From Vicugna vicugna (taxonomy: Eukaryota): DNA of 64,000 nucleotides. The stretch is taken from assembly GCA_013265495.1 (NCBI GenBank), contig MU061579.1:3345319-3409318 (forward strand), read 5' to 3'. Below the pieces are notes generated by a model. It was given only the letters and a program-made list of their open reading frames with translations. It ran no database searches and was not told the origin of the DNA. The position numbers were made by a program, and so were the translations under genes. Positions within the stretch are counted from its first letter, which is position 1. The number at the start of each line of letters is the position of its first letter. Positions 51,281 through 64,000 of this stretch are shown in pieces.

Positions 51281-54200
51281 TGAGGGAGAGGCATGCAATA
51301 GACATACTGCAATGGAAACAAAGTGTGAGAATCTTTTTTATTGTACAGTAATACCCACAAGAAAGCATTCACTAAACAGAAGCATTAAATTCTTTTTTCA
51401 AAAAATCTGTTGGGTATTTCCAAATAGAAAATTTGCAGGTACCTCAAGTTGTCCAAAAGCAAACAGCAGGTTACTTCTTAAAACTTGCTTCTTTTCATTA
51501 CTTTATCAATATTTTTCCATTTGGAGCACAATGTTCTAGATTTTAGAGAGTTTATCAGGACAGAGGTCAATCTCCTCGTAAGACATCTGGAAATACTGGA
51601 TTGAATGTGAGAGTCATATGGGTTTGTATGTCAAGAGAGAGTTTTAAAGTAGCTACATATATATTCTAAATTAATTTTGGTATACCTGGTCTCTTTTAAG
51701 AAGACAAGCTCATGTATGTAGAGAAAACATACAAATAGAAATTTGAGAATGGAAACTATCTCAGAAGAGCACAAATTGAAATTATCATTAAATTGAATAA
51801 ATAATTGAGAATTTTGTCTTTAAAAGGGAATCTGTAAGAATACATGGACACTCTTGAATCTATATGGTTTTTCATGTACTCAAATCAATATTTGCAAGGC
51901 TCATTTTTATTTAAGCAGTTTTAAATAAAGCAGCTAAAAGCAGAGGAACAGAAAAGGAATCTGTCTAAAAGTGTTCTTTTTTTTTTTTTTTTTGACATGT
52001 GTAACACGTATCCAGGCAACCACCGGGCGATTAATGATGCCTTTTAGTACATACTAGTCAGAGCAGCCTCGTGTAAAAGGCAAAGAACCTCGGGTTGAAT
52101 GTATTTTGTATGAGTAAGTCCTATTAAATAGTTTTGTAATATCCATTCATTTGAGAATTAACCTTTGAATATCTAAGTTGATTCAGAGTGAAATCTTGTC
52201 CTCAGGGAACTTTTAGACTGCAGTATTATGTAAGGAAACAGATGCAAGCTAAGAAGACAGTTCAGGAGAAGAATCTATTGGGACTGCTCTTACTGAATTA
52301 AGATCAAATTTAAGGAAATAAATAAAAATATAAACCAGTGAATTAGATAAACTGAGGTAAACACAATAGAGAAGATGTGGGATTCCATTTGGAAATGAAG
52401 TGAACTTATTGGTAAACTATTTTTGAACTTTTTCCTAAAGCTACAAGTTATAAAAACTGATTTAGTTAATCTGTAAAAGCATAATTGACACTTAATTGTT
52501 CACATCACTGCATATTTGATTCAGCTTTTTATTTTGGCAGCTTGGCCATTTGTCTACAAAAATACCATCAAAAATAATGATTAAACATTTAGGTAGTGAG
52601 GCTTTTGAAAAATACCAAATTCCTATTTTTCTTTTAAGAATTTCTTCTTTGAATACATTCATTCTTATGTAAACTTCTTACCTTAGAGTAACTGACAAAT
52701 ATATGACGCTTTATTGCCAGGAATTAACTAAAAAAATAACTTTTGTAACCCATTATTTTGATGACTTCCATTATTTCAGTGTTAGCAGATATGCCCAAAA
52801 CATATTTAATTTTTAAGAGGCTAATTTTTTAATATTATTTTATTAGAATATTTCTAAGATAGTATTATATTAGGAATATAGTCTGGATTCATATGAAGGG
52901 GAACAGTTGAGAACCTCAAGGTCAGATATCAGGTGTTAGTAAGAACAGAGTTTTTCAAAGCTTTTTTAGCTCTTCAGTTGAATCCCCAGATGTTCCAGAG
53001 TTGTAAAGGCAGTGAAAAGGGCAAAAAGAGGTTATTGCTTTCAGGATTTATATATATTGAAAATCATTTTATTGTTGATGATATTGTTGGTTTTATTTCA
53101 TATGTCAAAGAAAATGAATGACTTTTATTTATCTTTTTCATATTTTATAAATATATAAAATATATAACACATACAACTATAAATAAATATATACTTTTAT
53201 GCATATATGGTTATACTTTTGTGAGTAGAATTTTAGGATTACATGAATAATTCATCTAAAACCAAATAATGGAGAATTAAATCTTATGTACAAGAATATG
53301 AAGTCACATCTAGAAATGGCTGATGGGAAAATATAAAAATAGAATTTCATGCTGAGCATAGCATTGCATTTCAATATCAAACAAATAAATTGACATTGCT
53401 GTAAAATTACAGTGAATCTAAATTGCTTTACCAAGTATAGATGACACCGTCACCTGGGTAACAATCTTGTAAGTTATACATAAAGAATTCACCTTAGGTT
53501 TTAAAATCTTTTTTCTCCATATTCCCAGTTGTACAAAATAAAATAATCAAGTTAATTATTACATTTAAATGCACTATTTTAGAACAGTGCTTATGTGTTT
53601 GTGTCTCTGTGTAAATGTGTGACAATTCCTGCATTTCTAATCCAAGAAAAAAATCACAGCTATTTAAAAATGTTTTTAAAAAGTGCTCAGCCTCTATAAG
53701 TTTCTTCCTCAGAATAGACAGTGACAATTTCTCCAGGCACTAACTGAAACCTAGTAACCTGTGCTTTTGTAATTAAAGCCTTATATTCCTGTTTTCCTTT
53801 TAGGAAGAAGAAAAGACATAAAGTGGGGTTAATGATTAATTTTTTTCAGAAATACATTTTCTGTTGTTGTTACAATTTTGTTAGAAACATGTTTTATTTT
53901 CATTTACACAGAATATAATATTAAGTTCCTAAACCTATGTCACTGAAGTTTGAAAGTCAAAGTTGTCATTTTATTTTGAAAATAATGAACAAAGAAAAAT
54001 GCCAATCTCCCGGTGACAAACTGCAAAGGAAAGAGAGTGAATGGATGAGACAGAAAGAGAGAATTAAAAACTGAAATGAAATCAGGGTTAATGTAGTAGA
54101 AATGGTACTATATTGTAAATAAATTTATAATTATTCAATAACAACACCTCCTTTTGTATTGAGGAAAAAGAAATTTAGTCAACAAAATTTTTTCACAGTT

Positions 54201-55784
54201 TTTACTATAAGGGAAAGTAATAAATAGAACCTACATTGAATATGACATAGAAAAATAAAAACATAATTATTTCTATATAATATTGCAATTAATAGTTGAT
54301 ATTTCTATTTTGTTTCATACTAAAATCAATGATCACTTGGGTTCTTTTAATACTTAAATGAAATATTTGTTATTAGCACCTGAAATCCCAATTTGGGTGA
54401 AGTCTGCTACAGAGATGTGCTCAGTATGTTTCTAAATTCACATCCACTAACTGCCAAACGTGTTCTCTTAGAAAAGTAATATTAATAGTTTGAGGAAGAG
54501 CATTTCAGAAATTGTCAAAAGGTTATTTTTATAAAAGTTAAGGATTTTCTTACATGTTAACATTGAAAATCATTCTGTAATTTTCACATAAGACAACAAA
54601 TATTAAATTGATAAAATCTCTAATTCACAAAATGAGCATTCATGCTGACTATAATAATGCTGCTTCCTAAAGTTTTCCATTAAACTATATTACATAATAA
54701 CAAACACCCTTGTGCTATTGGCAGAATCAAACCAAAACAGAAAGCTGTATTTAAATTTATTTATTTGTTCAGAAAATATACTTGTTTCAGAAGAATACCC
54801 TTGAAAAAGCCAGCTAGTTCTGGAATTTAATTGCTAATAATGGCTATGTAGCCTAATTTTTTCCCCTAAACTTATTCCTTTTTTTTTAATAAAGAGCTAA
54901 TTGTACTGTAGTTAAAAAATATTTAAAGCATAGTTTGATTTAAAGTGAATTATAACAACAGTTTTCAGAAAACGTATGTATTCACTTTGGCACAATGTTT
55001 CTGTTTCAATCCTTGGCCTTAATTTTTTGTCCTTGATTTCTGTGTCATAAAGTTGAGAGGATGTAGACAGTGATTAATATAATCTGGAATCTAATTCCTC
55101 CTGGATAGTACTGCTTCTGCCTCATTGTATTAACTCTTCTTGGAAACATGTGGGTGATTATTTTCTTCCAGAAAAAAAAATGAAGTCAAGGTCAATGAAA
55201 GCCTGATACACATATGTATTTCATTTCTGAAACATTGTGCACTTTCACGGCATAAAACTTGTATTACATACAGAATTGATACAGTACAAATTATCTGTAG
55301 CCGATCATGCAATTTTATATAAAGAATAAAGAGCCTCTAAGGAGTGGCCCTAAATCCTTTGTCTTTAGAAACATTTTGTAGTAAGTTTGGCATCAAGCAG
55401 AAACACCAGGTTTATACTTTCACTTTAAATGGTTATTCCTTGGTCTCATATTTCAGAAGAGTTATAAAGGCAGAATATCTTACCTTTATGATACAAGTGG
55501 GCAGTGAGAATATTTTTGGTAAAGATTGTTGTTTTTATAATGTAAGAGCTTAATTTAACATACATATCTTTAGAATCATTATGCAAAATAAATACAATAT
55601 AATTATGTTTACAAGGTAGGTTTACTCTGAGCTATGCTAAAATCAAGTCCAGCTTGAAAAAAAGACTCTTTATGAAAAAGACCTCATTTAAATGTTTATT
55701 TTATTTCTCAATTCAAGACCTCTAATGAATGGAAATTATCAGAGACAGTTCATAGAATTATGCTTCCTTATCACCAGAAATAAT

Positions 55785-56002
55785 TATAGCTAGCATGTAT
55801 TAAGTGCCAGGCACTGTTCTGAGTATTTTTTAAAGAGATATTAATTAATTAAATCTTCCAAACAACTCCTCAGGTAAGAACTTATTTTCTCTATTTTGCA
55901 TATAAAGAAAACAGGAAGGTTGAGTAACTTGTGCAGGTTCACACAGCCACTATGAGGTAAAACAGGTTTAAGTATCAGAGTCCTTGTACTTGACCACCAC
56001 TC
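55785..56002 (-). mobile_element. MIR
   Basis: agctagcatgtattaagtgccaggcactgttctgag...ctattttgcatataaagaaaacaggaaggttgagtaacttgtgcaggttcacacagc. Confidence 0.8.
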
Positions 56003-59000
56003 CATGTGGACTTTGCTATATAGTTTTTCATCCTTTGTAATAGTCTAGTCAATTCTTGGCCAGCAATGGCCATGGGACATAAACAGATAATGAATTTTAT
56101 TCTCTCTTCCAAACTTAAGACCTACTTAGCATAGCCTTTCAATTTCCTGTTTTCATGGCTCATTTGTTTCACTCGGCAATATATGTGTCATTTGCTATAT
56201 GTCAGGTGTTAGGCATGGTTCATATTAACTTGTACCCTCTGGTTAGCCCACATTTTTGTTTATAGAGGTAGCCTTGATTTTTCAGTGCCCAAAGTCCTGA
56301 GAGTTGACTAATATTTTGAGTATCATTTTTAGTGCCAGTCACCAGAAATGAAATCTTCATCTTCCTTTATGGAGTCAGGAAATAATGTAAATTATAAGAG
56401 AAATATTTTTCTTGAAAGGGTAACTTAAAACTCAATTCACTATATCCTTTTACATATTTGCTTTAAAGAAAAGTCTTATTCATTATTATTAGTCATTTTT
56501 ATGGATATATTTGTTAAAAATGGATCAATGATATAAAATTTTAATTTAAAATATAGAGATATTTATTTGCTCATTTAATATAATTAATCTCATAACAAAA
56601 TAAACTACCAGTGTGTGTATACATACATGTATATATCTTTATGTTTATAAATTTACAAATAAACAATTAATTACATAAAACCTATCAATACAGCTACACA
56701 TAACTTACTTGTAGTCATTGTTAGTTTAACTAATTCAAGTTTTACATTTAGGAACTATTGTTAATAGTGTTAGTATTTAAAATAAAATAACTATGCATAC
56801 TGGAAGATTTAGGAGATCATTCATTTATTTAATGACATTTTTGGCAGACAGGCTTTCTATTTCTCAGTCGTTTACATCTTGCATTTCTGTTCTGTGAATA
56901 CAATTCAGGGCTTTGGTGAATTGCTTGAACCTTTGAGAAGGTTCTGTATTAGGGTCAAAATAATTTTGTAACTACTGACTTGGATTTTTCCTAGGGATTT
57001 AGAGAGATCATTTGCCATAGTTTTTTTTTTTTAATGAATACAAATTAAAATGATTTTTGGAAGACAAATTAATTTTTTGCTAAAAGATGTTGTGATAGAA
57101 GATACTGGAAACATCTCACAGTGAGAAATACACCTGGGGCATGTTGTTTGAGAACATATTTTTTTGAAAGTGGGGCTGTGCCAGAAAATTCAGGATATGT
57201 AGTCAACAAACTAAGGATGACAGAGACACGAAAGTAAATCCAATGAATATAAAGCAGAGATGCTCATAACACCCAGCCATCCACAGACAGTTTACTGCAT
57301 CTTTTTGTCTCAGTGCTATATCTTTAAACATTTCCATTATGGTAATTTATTTCAAAAGTTGATTATCTAGTCAATGCTAGTTTTCAGACTCAGAATTGTA
57401 CATATACTCTCAACTTTCAAACACCATAAGGAACATTTTTGTGACATATAAATTTACAGTATAGTATATTATCACAATTTCATTCAATAATCATGAGTTT
57501 CCAATATGCCTTTTTCTGTCTTGCTCAAAATTATTAAGTAGATTCAGATTCATCATGGTTAACAAATATTAGAAGTAGCAAGATCATCATACATGTTTCT
57601 CTAGGTTCATGGGCACGTGGAAGTCCGCAGAATTGCCCCAGAATCCAGGAATTCTTGAATATTTATTTTTAATTTTCTAAAATTTTAATAAGTGAAGTAT
57701 ATATGCTTCTCCACATATCACTATATGTATCTTTGAACACCTGGCTGACTACCATCAAATATACAATAGGTTTTCATTTCTTTGCGTGTGTGTGTCTGTG
57801 TTTCTAATCAGTTTTTAAGTGTTTTTCTTTTGTTTCTAATCTCTAGCCAAGAAGTACTACTTACATTATCATGAGGTAATGAGAAAAAATTATTAACTTT
57901 ATACTGCACAAAGGGATTCCTGCCAAGTGAAGGCCAAATATTGTCTTCGCACCTTGGAGAAATTCAGCTTTTTTCATAGTCTAAACAACAACAAAAAAAT
58001 TTAGCAATAACTAAGCCAGCACTTTACACACAGCAACATAAGAATGACCAGGCTAAACGAACCTAAGTCAAAGTGGTCACTACTGTATTCATATTTTGAG
58101 TAGTAATTCATTTCAGCAAAACAGTACATTAATAAAATAGTTTCCAACTATATTTCATTGGTTTTACGGTGCTGTTCATTTTTAATTTGAAAACTGCATT
58201 TGTTTGGTTGTTGAATAAATGGTATAAGCATTAAAAGTTTATTTCTCCTTTTATATGTATATATTTAAGTAATATTGCAGTAAATGCTCCTACCTGAACA
58301 TCCAGGAAATATATTTTGATTTAAAAGTTAGCAAATAATAAGCAAATGTAGAAAAATATTCTGTACATCAAAAGGAACGGAGAAAATTGTAACATTTTAA
58401 TATAGTAGAAGCATTTGCTGTGATGTATTTATATACTTAATGTTAGGTATTTGATTAGCTTTCTATAAAAATATAGAAATGACAGTGTTGGAAAATTTAC
58501 TGTAGGCTGAATTTTCTACATATTAAAATAGAAACTATTCTATAACTCTTTTCTTTAAAAATTTATATTAAACACTTTTCAGTGTAAGTCAGCCTTCCTC
58601 TAAAAGTATTAGTTTACAGAATTATAGTATATAAAGGATACATCTTACTATAAAGAAATAAAAATATTTTAGAAATAGTGACATTTAATTTAACCCTGTT
58701 AAACTGATCAAATATCATACTGAAATGGAAGTTCTTATGAAATCTGAACAAAAGTGTTGATCTGGGAGCTTAATTTCTTTATATATTATATTTAATTTCT
58801 GTAGTCTATTGAAAACTCAGAGCTAGTGAAAATGAAAAGTACTGAGATTCAAGTAAAAATTTTCCTGACTTCAGGCAAATAGAGTTTATTTTAATGAAAT
58901 TAATTCAATGAAAATAGGGTAAATGTTTCTGTTTTACAGGAAGAGCTACAGAATTAGTATGTTTTCCCAGGCCTGATAAACGACTTACGGATTGGATAGG

Positions 59001-62000
59001 TTTGCTAAAAACTCACACTATCACTCTATTAAATATTATTGACGAAGTTAAAAGTAAAAGACCATCTATTCTAAATTAATGCAGATATCTGGGGAAAACA
59101 GCCAACCAAACAAATAAGCAAATGTTTCAAACCACTTCTGGAATACTTACTTCATCCTATACAAGAGAGGCAGGTCAATCCTAATGCATAGAGTAAAACA
59201 GTTTAAAATAAATGAGAACATGGTTGTGAAAACTATCATTTGACTATGAAAGGAAAATTTCTGTCTGTGAGGTAGAATGGTAGTGAAGCACGAACAGGAT
59301 TAACAGATGGTCTGGTTCTCAGACATGAGGAGACCCTGTCCACGCTGCCTGGTGGTTTTACTGGAACTAAAGCCAGTGGGGCCCAAAACAAGAAGACCTG
59401 TGCACCCTGGAAAAGGGGGCATGAAATGAAAAGAAAATACCTGAAAATGAGCATCTCTGTGGGCATATTTTATTAGCAGCTTTAAATTGTTTCTTTACCA
59501 AATATTATATGGTAATAAATTAAGTGACAATATCAGGGGTAAAAGTTTTATTTTCCCACAGAATTTGACAGGATACAGGGAAGCCGCGGGAACACGAGCA
59601 AATCAGAACTGCTTACAGGTAGCTGGTTGTTATCATGAGAACAAAGAGAAACTTCTTCTGGTTTTGTTAGAACAACCTCTATGATTCATCCCAAGTCCTT
59701 TCTTTCACATGAAATATCTTAAATGTGTGGATATGTGTGTCTGTAAATACAGTCTAGGCAACAGCACATGCACGTACATAGACTGAATATGGCCATACGG
59801 TAGCTGTTTGCAAATTTTTGCCAGCATAGGATAAGTGTTTAATAATGTGTGTTGCTTATTCAAAGCCTGTTAATAAAAATGTATTTTTGTCTTCACATAT
59901 TCCGAGTTAAATAATAAAGGTACATGCCAATTTGGAAATAACTCATCATTTCTGCCATCCTCTAATGTAATATTTTAGAATGCTGTATATCTTTTGTTCT
60001 AAGTTGAAATTAGAAAAACAACCACAAAATAGACACGAAAGACAAAAGGTCGCACAACACCCATGAAGTGCGTTAGGCTTTCGCTGAGCTACGAGACGAG
60101 TCGTCCCAGTGATGCTACAGATGCCTTTTTGGAAGGTGGCTGACGCTGCCAAGTGTAGCAGTTGAGAAATCTATGTAATCTTGTTTGATGCTGAATCCGA
60201 GAGCAAAGTACTGATTTCATTGCTCAGAGCAGGAATGTTACATGAATAGGAGATTTCTATTTCTAGATATATCTCTTGGGGAACTTTTGAGAGAATGCTC
60301 AAATATGATAAAGAAAATCTACTTAAATGAAAATACTTTACACTATAATCGCTAAATTAGCATTTACAAAATTTAATCAGAGTTGGAGAATGAAAAATTA
60401 TTCTGGAAGTCTAGTTTGTCACTCAAAAGCAAGACCTTAAGAGAGTGACATATAAAGTTCTTAGACATTTTATTGAAGCTTCTGAGGGAAATGCGTTGTG
60501 AGAACCTGTCATGAATTATCTGAGCATAAAGGTGATCCAGATCGAAATCTAATAAAGAAAACTAAAGTTTAAGAGAGGAAATCAATGGTACTTTTAATTG
60601 TATGAATTAAGACCATTCATATGTGGTTCTATGAAATGCATTTTTAAAAGATACAGATTTTATAAAATGAAAAATAAAGACATGCACTTCTCTATCAAAT
60701 TATAAGAAGGGCACTTTCAGAAACACACAAAAAATGGAAAAAACATGGTCTGTATATTTTTCTACAGGGCCTGCTGCTACCATAAATCTCAAATTGTTTT
60801 CTTTTTCTCATTCCTCACTGTCTTGTCTATGAGGATGTATCAATATCCAAAATATCTGCAAAACTTTAAAAAATACAATAAATTGAGGGTATCATTTAAC
60901 AGCAAAGGCAAATGATCAATGTAGACAAACATGAAAAAACATCAAGGTTAGGAAAAGATTACTGTATATTTCACAGTGTCAAACATACAGTCAGTTCAAT
61001 AAATAATACAAACAAATGTGAACTCTACAATGTCAACTAGAGATGGAGGCTGGGGATATTACAAACTGACATTACTGTAATTAAGGAATGAAAAAAAATA
61101 GCACCATTTCAGGACATAACAAAGTACACCATCTGGGCCTGCCAACTATAAATATTAAATATGGAAAAAGAAAGGACAAACAGCTAATATAAGCATAGAG
61201 TCATTTTGCAAATTCATAAAGAATCAAAGAAAATCAAAGAATCATTATAGCCTCTAAATGCTTCTAAGGGTAATTTGTTGATAAAAGGAGTTGGCATCAC
61301 TTCATAATTTACAAAGGGAGATAGAAGACAGATGTCAGAAGCAGATGTACACGTCCCAGAAAGAGGAAGAAGGAAGACTGAAGCAAATCGGGATCATCTG
61401 CAAAATAAAGATCAAATAAACTTGAAAAAAAGTGAAGACTGAAAACGCACTAATTTTATAGAGTTGACTTAGATACCCTATCAAATTGATGCATATTACT
61501 GGGCCATAACCTTTCAAATTTGGAAGTTGTACCGATTGAATAGATAAGTGATTGCCCTCCTACTCCATGCGTACCACTGAGCCAGGCCAGGAGGATACTT
61601 CAAGATGAAGAAGACAATTAGTCGCAGAGACCTCAAGGGAGGATCATCCACAAAGAGTATGGGTGCTCACACAAGTCAGAGAATGCTGATAAATGCTTCA
61701 TGTGGTGGTCAAGAAAGAGTGATTCTTGTATGCATCCATCAATCATCTATTAACCCAACCCTTTATCCACCATCCAGCCACCTACAAATAACTGAAGGCC
61801 TATTCTAATTATAATCTCAGACACAATAGAGTTGAGGGCATTTTAGAGGGCAAACAAATATAATAAAAGAATAATTAATTTCAAGTAAGAGCTCTTTATT
61901 GGACTGGAACAGACATTGGATTTGAGTTATTCTTTATTTAAATGCATGAATGCAAATTCTACTTGTCAAATTGTTTCCTAAGTACTTCAAAGTAAGCGTA

Positions 62001-63145
62001 TGATGAGAGCAACAGTACTTTCCATTGGCCTGATTATCCCTTCTATAGATATCTGCACACATATATATACTATACTTATACACCTATGTGTAATATAGAC
62101 ATCCACATACATGTGTACACAAACATCTCTATATGTGTGTATATAAGTGCATGTGTATATGTGTATAAAATACAGGTGAAAAATCTTTATTCTTAGATTC
62201 AGCAATAGAATTGGTCATACACACATGCATATGAAAATGATTTTCAGCTGAAAACGTATTTGTGACCCAGCAGTGAAGCTGATCACAGCCTAAATCTATA
62301 GGTAAAGTGATCTCTATACTTAAAGAATTATTTTGCCTTTGCACCTCATTGTCTTCTATCACTTACTAAAAGAAGATAAATAATGCGACTGAATACATTT
62401 TTAACAACTGGTAATATCGATCACAAATGCCCTCTCTCCTCCTTCTTATTGACCCCAATGATCTTTATCTTTTAGGACCAGCTGTTCGAGTCCAATCTTT
62501 TCCACTTAGTCCTTCCTAGAAAGACAGCTTCAACAGATCCTCCTACCCTTTTGCACTTGCAAAGTATTTAATGTCAATTTAGTCCTTGATAAACTAACAT
62601 TATGAAAAAGCAAAGTGGCTTAAAAGAAAAAAACTGCATTAAAAAAGTTGATTCTATTTAGTAAATGTGTTTTTAGTTTACTGCCCAATTGATTTATTTT
62701 GTACAGGCAGAAGTTTATTTGATGCATACATCAAACCATACTTAATAGAATCCCAAACAACTATGTGTTATTACCCATTTACATAATCTATAATACACAT
62801 ACTTCCAAATCTCTGGCTTTATTGAGCTATTACTACTTGAAGAATATTGAATTAAGCAGTGTAACTACCAAGTTTATAACAGCATGAGCTCAGTGCTGGC
62901 AAGTTATGAGTTACACTTTTATGGGCTTTCTGTGGAATGACTAGATGCCAAGCCACCATATACATATTGTTGATCTCAAAAGAACCAGCTGAAAATAGAA
63001 AGGCTTCCTGCAAATCTACATTAGTATGTGCAAACTGTGATATGTGTGTGTATACACCACACATCGTGTTTTGCCAGGAACAGTACTGGTTTATGCCTAC
63101 TGCCTTGGTATGTTTACTAAAGTACCTCCTTCGACATACATATAG

Positions 63146-63157
63146 GTATATATACAT

Positions 63158-63220
<63 letters not shown>

Positions 63221-63224
63221 TATA
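63146..63224. repeat. Compound (CA)n(TA)n(CA)n microsatellite
   Basis: Direct reading; source of several chance ORFs (HTHT/YIYI/CVCV). Confidence 0.95.
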
Positions 63225-64000
63225 AATAAATGAACAAATGAAATAGCTCATGTATTTTATCACTTCCTTCTCTGATGCTACTCCTTTTTGTGTGTGTTAT
63301 ATTTTTATATGAAGATGTGCACGTTTGCACATATGCATGCTCATAATGCACAGACATATATGTACATAAACTTATGCACTCATATATACTAATGGCCTTT
63401 TCTTTACCTCATAATAGTTCATGGGTGTAGTTTTTGGCACAGGAGTGGTACAGCTAGGAACTAGATTTTTTTTTTTCCTCTGATTGTATATGCAACATTA
63501 GCCACTATTGTCAAAAACATTTGTTTCTGTCTTCAGCTGAAAATTCTGTTTAAACAGGATAGTGACATGCACGAGATAGAGATGTCTGGAAGTGATAAAT
63601 CTATTCTTGCTTGGTGAAATCACACAGCTGATTAACAGTAACAGCTACAAGTTGGAACCCTGCCTTGAGAATGTTTCTGGGGCTGCTAGATGGGACTGGA
63701 AGTCTACCTCCCTAAGAGGAGTAGAGGATATTTGTAAATGTATTCTGTGTACCTCAAGTAAGATTTAGCTTAAGAGTCTTCAAGTGATGCATTAAAGCTA
63801 TGGTGTTGGAGAATCAACTACAACATTACTTTTAAGACAAAGTCACTTTTCCCAGACACTTAAATGTGTTAGGTGTCACTGGGTGCTACATCAGTAATCT
63901 GGGAGAGTAAAAGCAAGAATTATTTGTGAAACATGTTAAGGATCATTTCCTTCCCATTTGGAATCAAAGGGAGTAATGAGAAAAAATATAAAGTTCTAGG

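Noticed and set aside
52682..52727. Possible short minus-strand exon with AG/GTAAGA
   Set aside because: Stops in all three frames and no other support.
62852..63357. Overlapping ORFs rich in HT/YI/CV
   Set aside because: Translations of dinucleotide microsatellites; the same applies to 4272-4493, 6017-6259 and 36951-37184.
1..64000. A novel multi-gene biological system
   Set aside because: No intact host or viral coding sequence was found; all recognisable coding signal is decayed LINE-1.

Overview
AT-rich, CpG-poor mammalian genomic DNA, most likely from a camelid (alpaca/llama/camel), judged from a tRNA-Ala-derived vic-1-type SINE and camelid-type L1 3' UTRs. I find no host protein-coding exon, RNA gene or CpG island, so the window looks intergenic or deep intronic. 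Almost every ORF in the supplied track is either a decayed LINE-1 fragment or a chance ORF from microsatellites or low-complexity sequence. The first ~37 kb are packed with transposable elements: a near-full-length old L1 (25.7-32.9 kb) with a ~30-bp tandem array in its 5' UTR and two nested younger insertions; a young 5'-truncated L1 with a perfect 17-bp TSD; a twin-primed (5'-inverted) L1; several short L1 3' ends; two ERV1 solo LTRs (one MER41-like); a Tigger1-derived MITE; and L2/MIR relics. The last ~27 kb contain only ancient repeats and unique AT-rich sequence. Subfamily names come from recalled consensus motifs, not a database search. I found no evidence for a novel multi-gene system. 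The findings concern TE architecture, possible regulatory elements and non-B DNA.
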